A stretch of DNA of 64,000 nucleotides from IMG/VR virus record IMGVR_UViG_3300044644_000283, positions 519-64,518 of that record. One strand, 5' to 3'. Of this stretch, positions 63,201-64,000 are shown piece by piece (position 1 is the first letter of the stretch; each line of letters begins with the position of its first letter). The notes under the pieces are model-generated. The model had not been told where the DNA came from. It saw only the letters and a list, made by a program, of their open reading frames with translations, and did no database searches. Position numbers and translations under genes: made by a program. The DNA is from a virus (lineage: Duplodnaviria; Caudoviricetes).

Positions 63201-64000
63201 TGCTGCCGTTAAGATTGGCGAAGATCTTCAATTGGCTTCTGTTAACGAAGCTAACGCCAATGTTGTCAATGCAATTGCCAACGCAGATGGGTTTGGGGCC
63301 AAAGTTATTGCAGGCGCTAAGGCTATTCTTCAAAATCCTCAGTCAGCCAACATGGCGGTTATTGAGATCTTGCAGGAAGCTTTACCTCTTGGTGCAGCTT
63401 CTAAAGTGTTCTCGCTGGCCGGTAAATGGGCTGCGGTTGGTACTGACGTAGCTTTAAACGCCATTGAGTCCGGCGGAGCAGCGTATGGCGATAAATACAA
63501 AGAAGCCATTAAAGCGGGCAAAACTCCAGAGCAGGCTGACTCAGAAGCTACTAAAGCTTTCTATATTGCCAGTGCTGTTACTGCGGCAACCACAGGCGTT
63601 GTAGACAGCGCCTTGATTGGCAAGATCACCGGAGCGGTAGAGAAGGCTGCGACTAAAGCCGCCACAGGCACAGCCAAAGAAGCTGGCTCTGAGTTTGGCG
63701 AAGAGTTCATGACCTCTGCCATTACTGACTTGGTTCTGACCGGCAAGGTTGATTTAAACAAGGCATTGACTCAAGGTGTGGTTGGCGGCTTTGTGGCCGG
63801 TAAGACCACCGCCAGTATTGACGCGGCAAACAACTTAAACAGTTCTGTGTCTGACGTGCAGAACACGTTTACACAAGAATTGAATAACAGCGGCCTGAAG
63901 TCTATTGACGGCACAAACACTGTTGGCTCTTTAATTGACTCCAAAACCAATGCTTTTGTTGTCCCTGAAGATGTAACCAAAACTTTGACTGACGCAGGAT
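60205..64000 (+). CDS. Giant virion/ejection protein, 3' truncated (at least 1265 aa)
   Basis: SD TAAGG and ATG at 60205 (MAKFSDAQIRAY...); no in-frame stop seen in the stretches translated; absent from the ORF track, consistent with running off the window. Confidence 0.8.
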   Translation, partial: MAKFSDAQIRAYVEANIDNPAAIAEAASAAGISVADLSRATGFSAADINGYFGNAGVSISAPDNSAAERAAAAQAANEAAWAKQQAENERLWAAQQAENERKWAEQQAAAAAAARQAAAAQAAADKAAAEAAAREEAARTAAQQAAAKRAADAAAAAQAAADKAKADAAAQQKAAADAAAKAQAEAQAKAQADAQAKAQADAQAKAQADAAAKAQADAQAKAQADAAKAATQAAGIASLPAAAPKVSNADIVGWFKDNPDADAAAISQAMKAANVTGDQVSQALVGNKDAAQQYLTAQILSQGTTSQWKGEGQGSAEKNAADMAKILADTGITDIGQFGKVTTKVDAAVIPQYESVQKGYDNEGNMIVENKIVGYVDQNGKAVDPNLVKADTIWTGGESGQAETVYTAPVGTKEVFGNKATGQAVAETYGERQTGNAFGGTYSGEGNTGYRVQFDASGKPIFYTTQASSSDIGDLAPMLAIASFIPALAPFAQAINAAIAIDRGDVLGGIASLAGVSGMSEVSTGLKVVNALEKGDAMGIVGALMSDPSLGKLASNTMIADGISFADAGNTLKVVDNLNKGNLVGAISTAGEMAGSSDVKTAAAGVNLVNAIQSGDVTKIANAAGNLNNIVNSTNNVVNQLKDSGLVDKSANTNIQNLLDDMLTVDASGAKDINAAAQFAAESGYNKFTFDGNTYTLNNNNAENTIAQLEADALKTNTANNLAGGEFDGVDAAIAANTKANNTVIGNAEANDLTEAMALAKARNPTGTSFTFGGNTYTMGTSDAAVTQALNAAQSQAATQDLNNSIANAGSRSEAFKLARESLGSGKTFTYNGQTYSTSTADEQIAALNKSNLSTNTAASSQTAARSVGAISEADAVAQAISDTNLANMSPQMRAIVQAQNDMAARDKAARDTAALLANKVFAADDLQVDAMGNTVSGSMNLADNNSITGKINTTAGKIVQQGLSNLAQAGGEFVQSVGYTGSALGLTGAENALTKAGSAAVKIGEDLQLASVNEANANVVNAIANADGFGAKVIAGAKAILQNPQSANMAVIEILQEALPLGAASKVFSLAGKWAAVGTDVALNAIESGGAAYGDKYKEAIKAGKTPEQADSEATKAFYIASAVTAATTGVVDSALIGKITGAVEKAATKAATGTAKEAGSEFGEEFMTSAITDLVLTGKVDLNKALTQGVVGGFVAGKTTASIDAANNLNSSVSDVQNTFTQELNNSGLKSIDGTNTVGSLIDSKTNAFVVPEDVTKTLTDAG

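Overview
The window is most of the genome of a tailed dsDNA phage, circularly permuted and apparently lytic, with about 50% GC by eye. Gene content points to a short-tailed podovirus-like freshwater phage. A betaproteobacterial host is plausible from the small-gene families, but that is inference. Layout: (1) 1-13470, + strand, ejection/internal virion proteins, ending in a 2834-aa polyvalent protein; (2) 13457-19204, - strand, small genes plus SSB, Sak3-like annealase and a PD-(D/E)XK nuclease; (3) 19223-23856, + strand, RusA, a structured non-coding region, an HNH protein and a T7 gp4/Twinkle-like primase-helicase; (4) 23914-29651, - strand, early operon with a MoxR/CobS AAA+ ATPase, a split CobT/VWA partner and a degenerate SprT-like protein; (5) 30201-64000, + strand, terminases, portal, GroES-like protein, scaffold, capsid, glycosyltransferase, small basic proteins, tail and fibre genes, lysis genes, nozzle and a giant ORF running off the end. 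I found no DNA polymerase, RNA polymerase, integrase, tRNA or CRISPR array. The strongest unexplained signals are: the palindrome GTTTAAAC, seen at least 46 times against about 1 expected and clustered upstream of a stand-alone LexA-type DNA-binding gene; small Lys-rich late proteins sharing an ADGxAxKGKT tag and [FYM]xxGG motifs; R-[LY]-S-[LM]-R delimiters between modules of the polyvalent protein; several candidate structured RNAs, including an anti-Shine-Dalgarno sRNA; and a DnaA-box cluster. All counts were made by eye and all family assignments are from motif recognition, without database searches.
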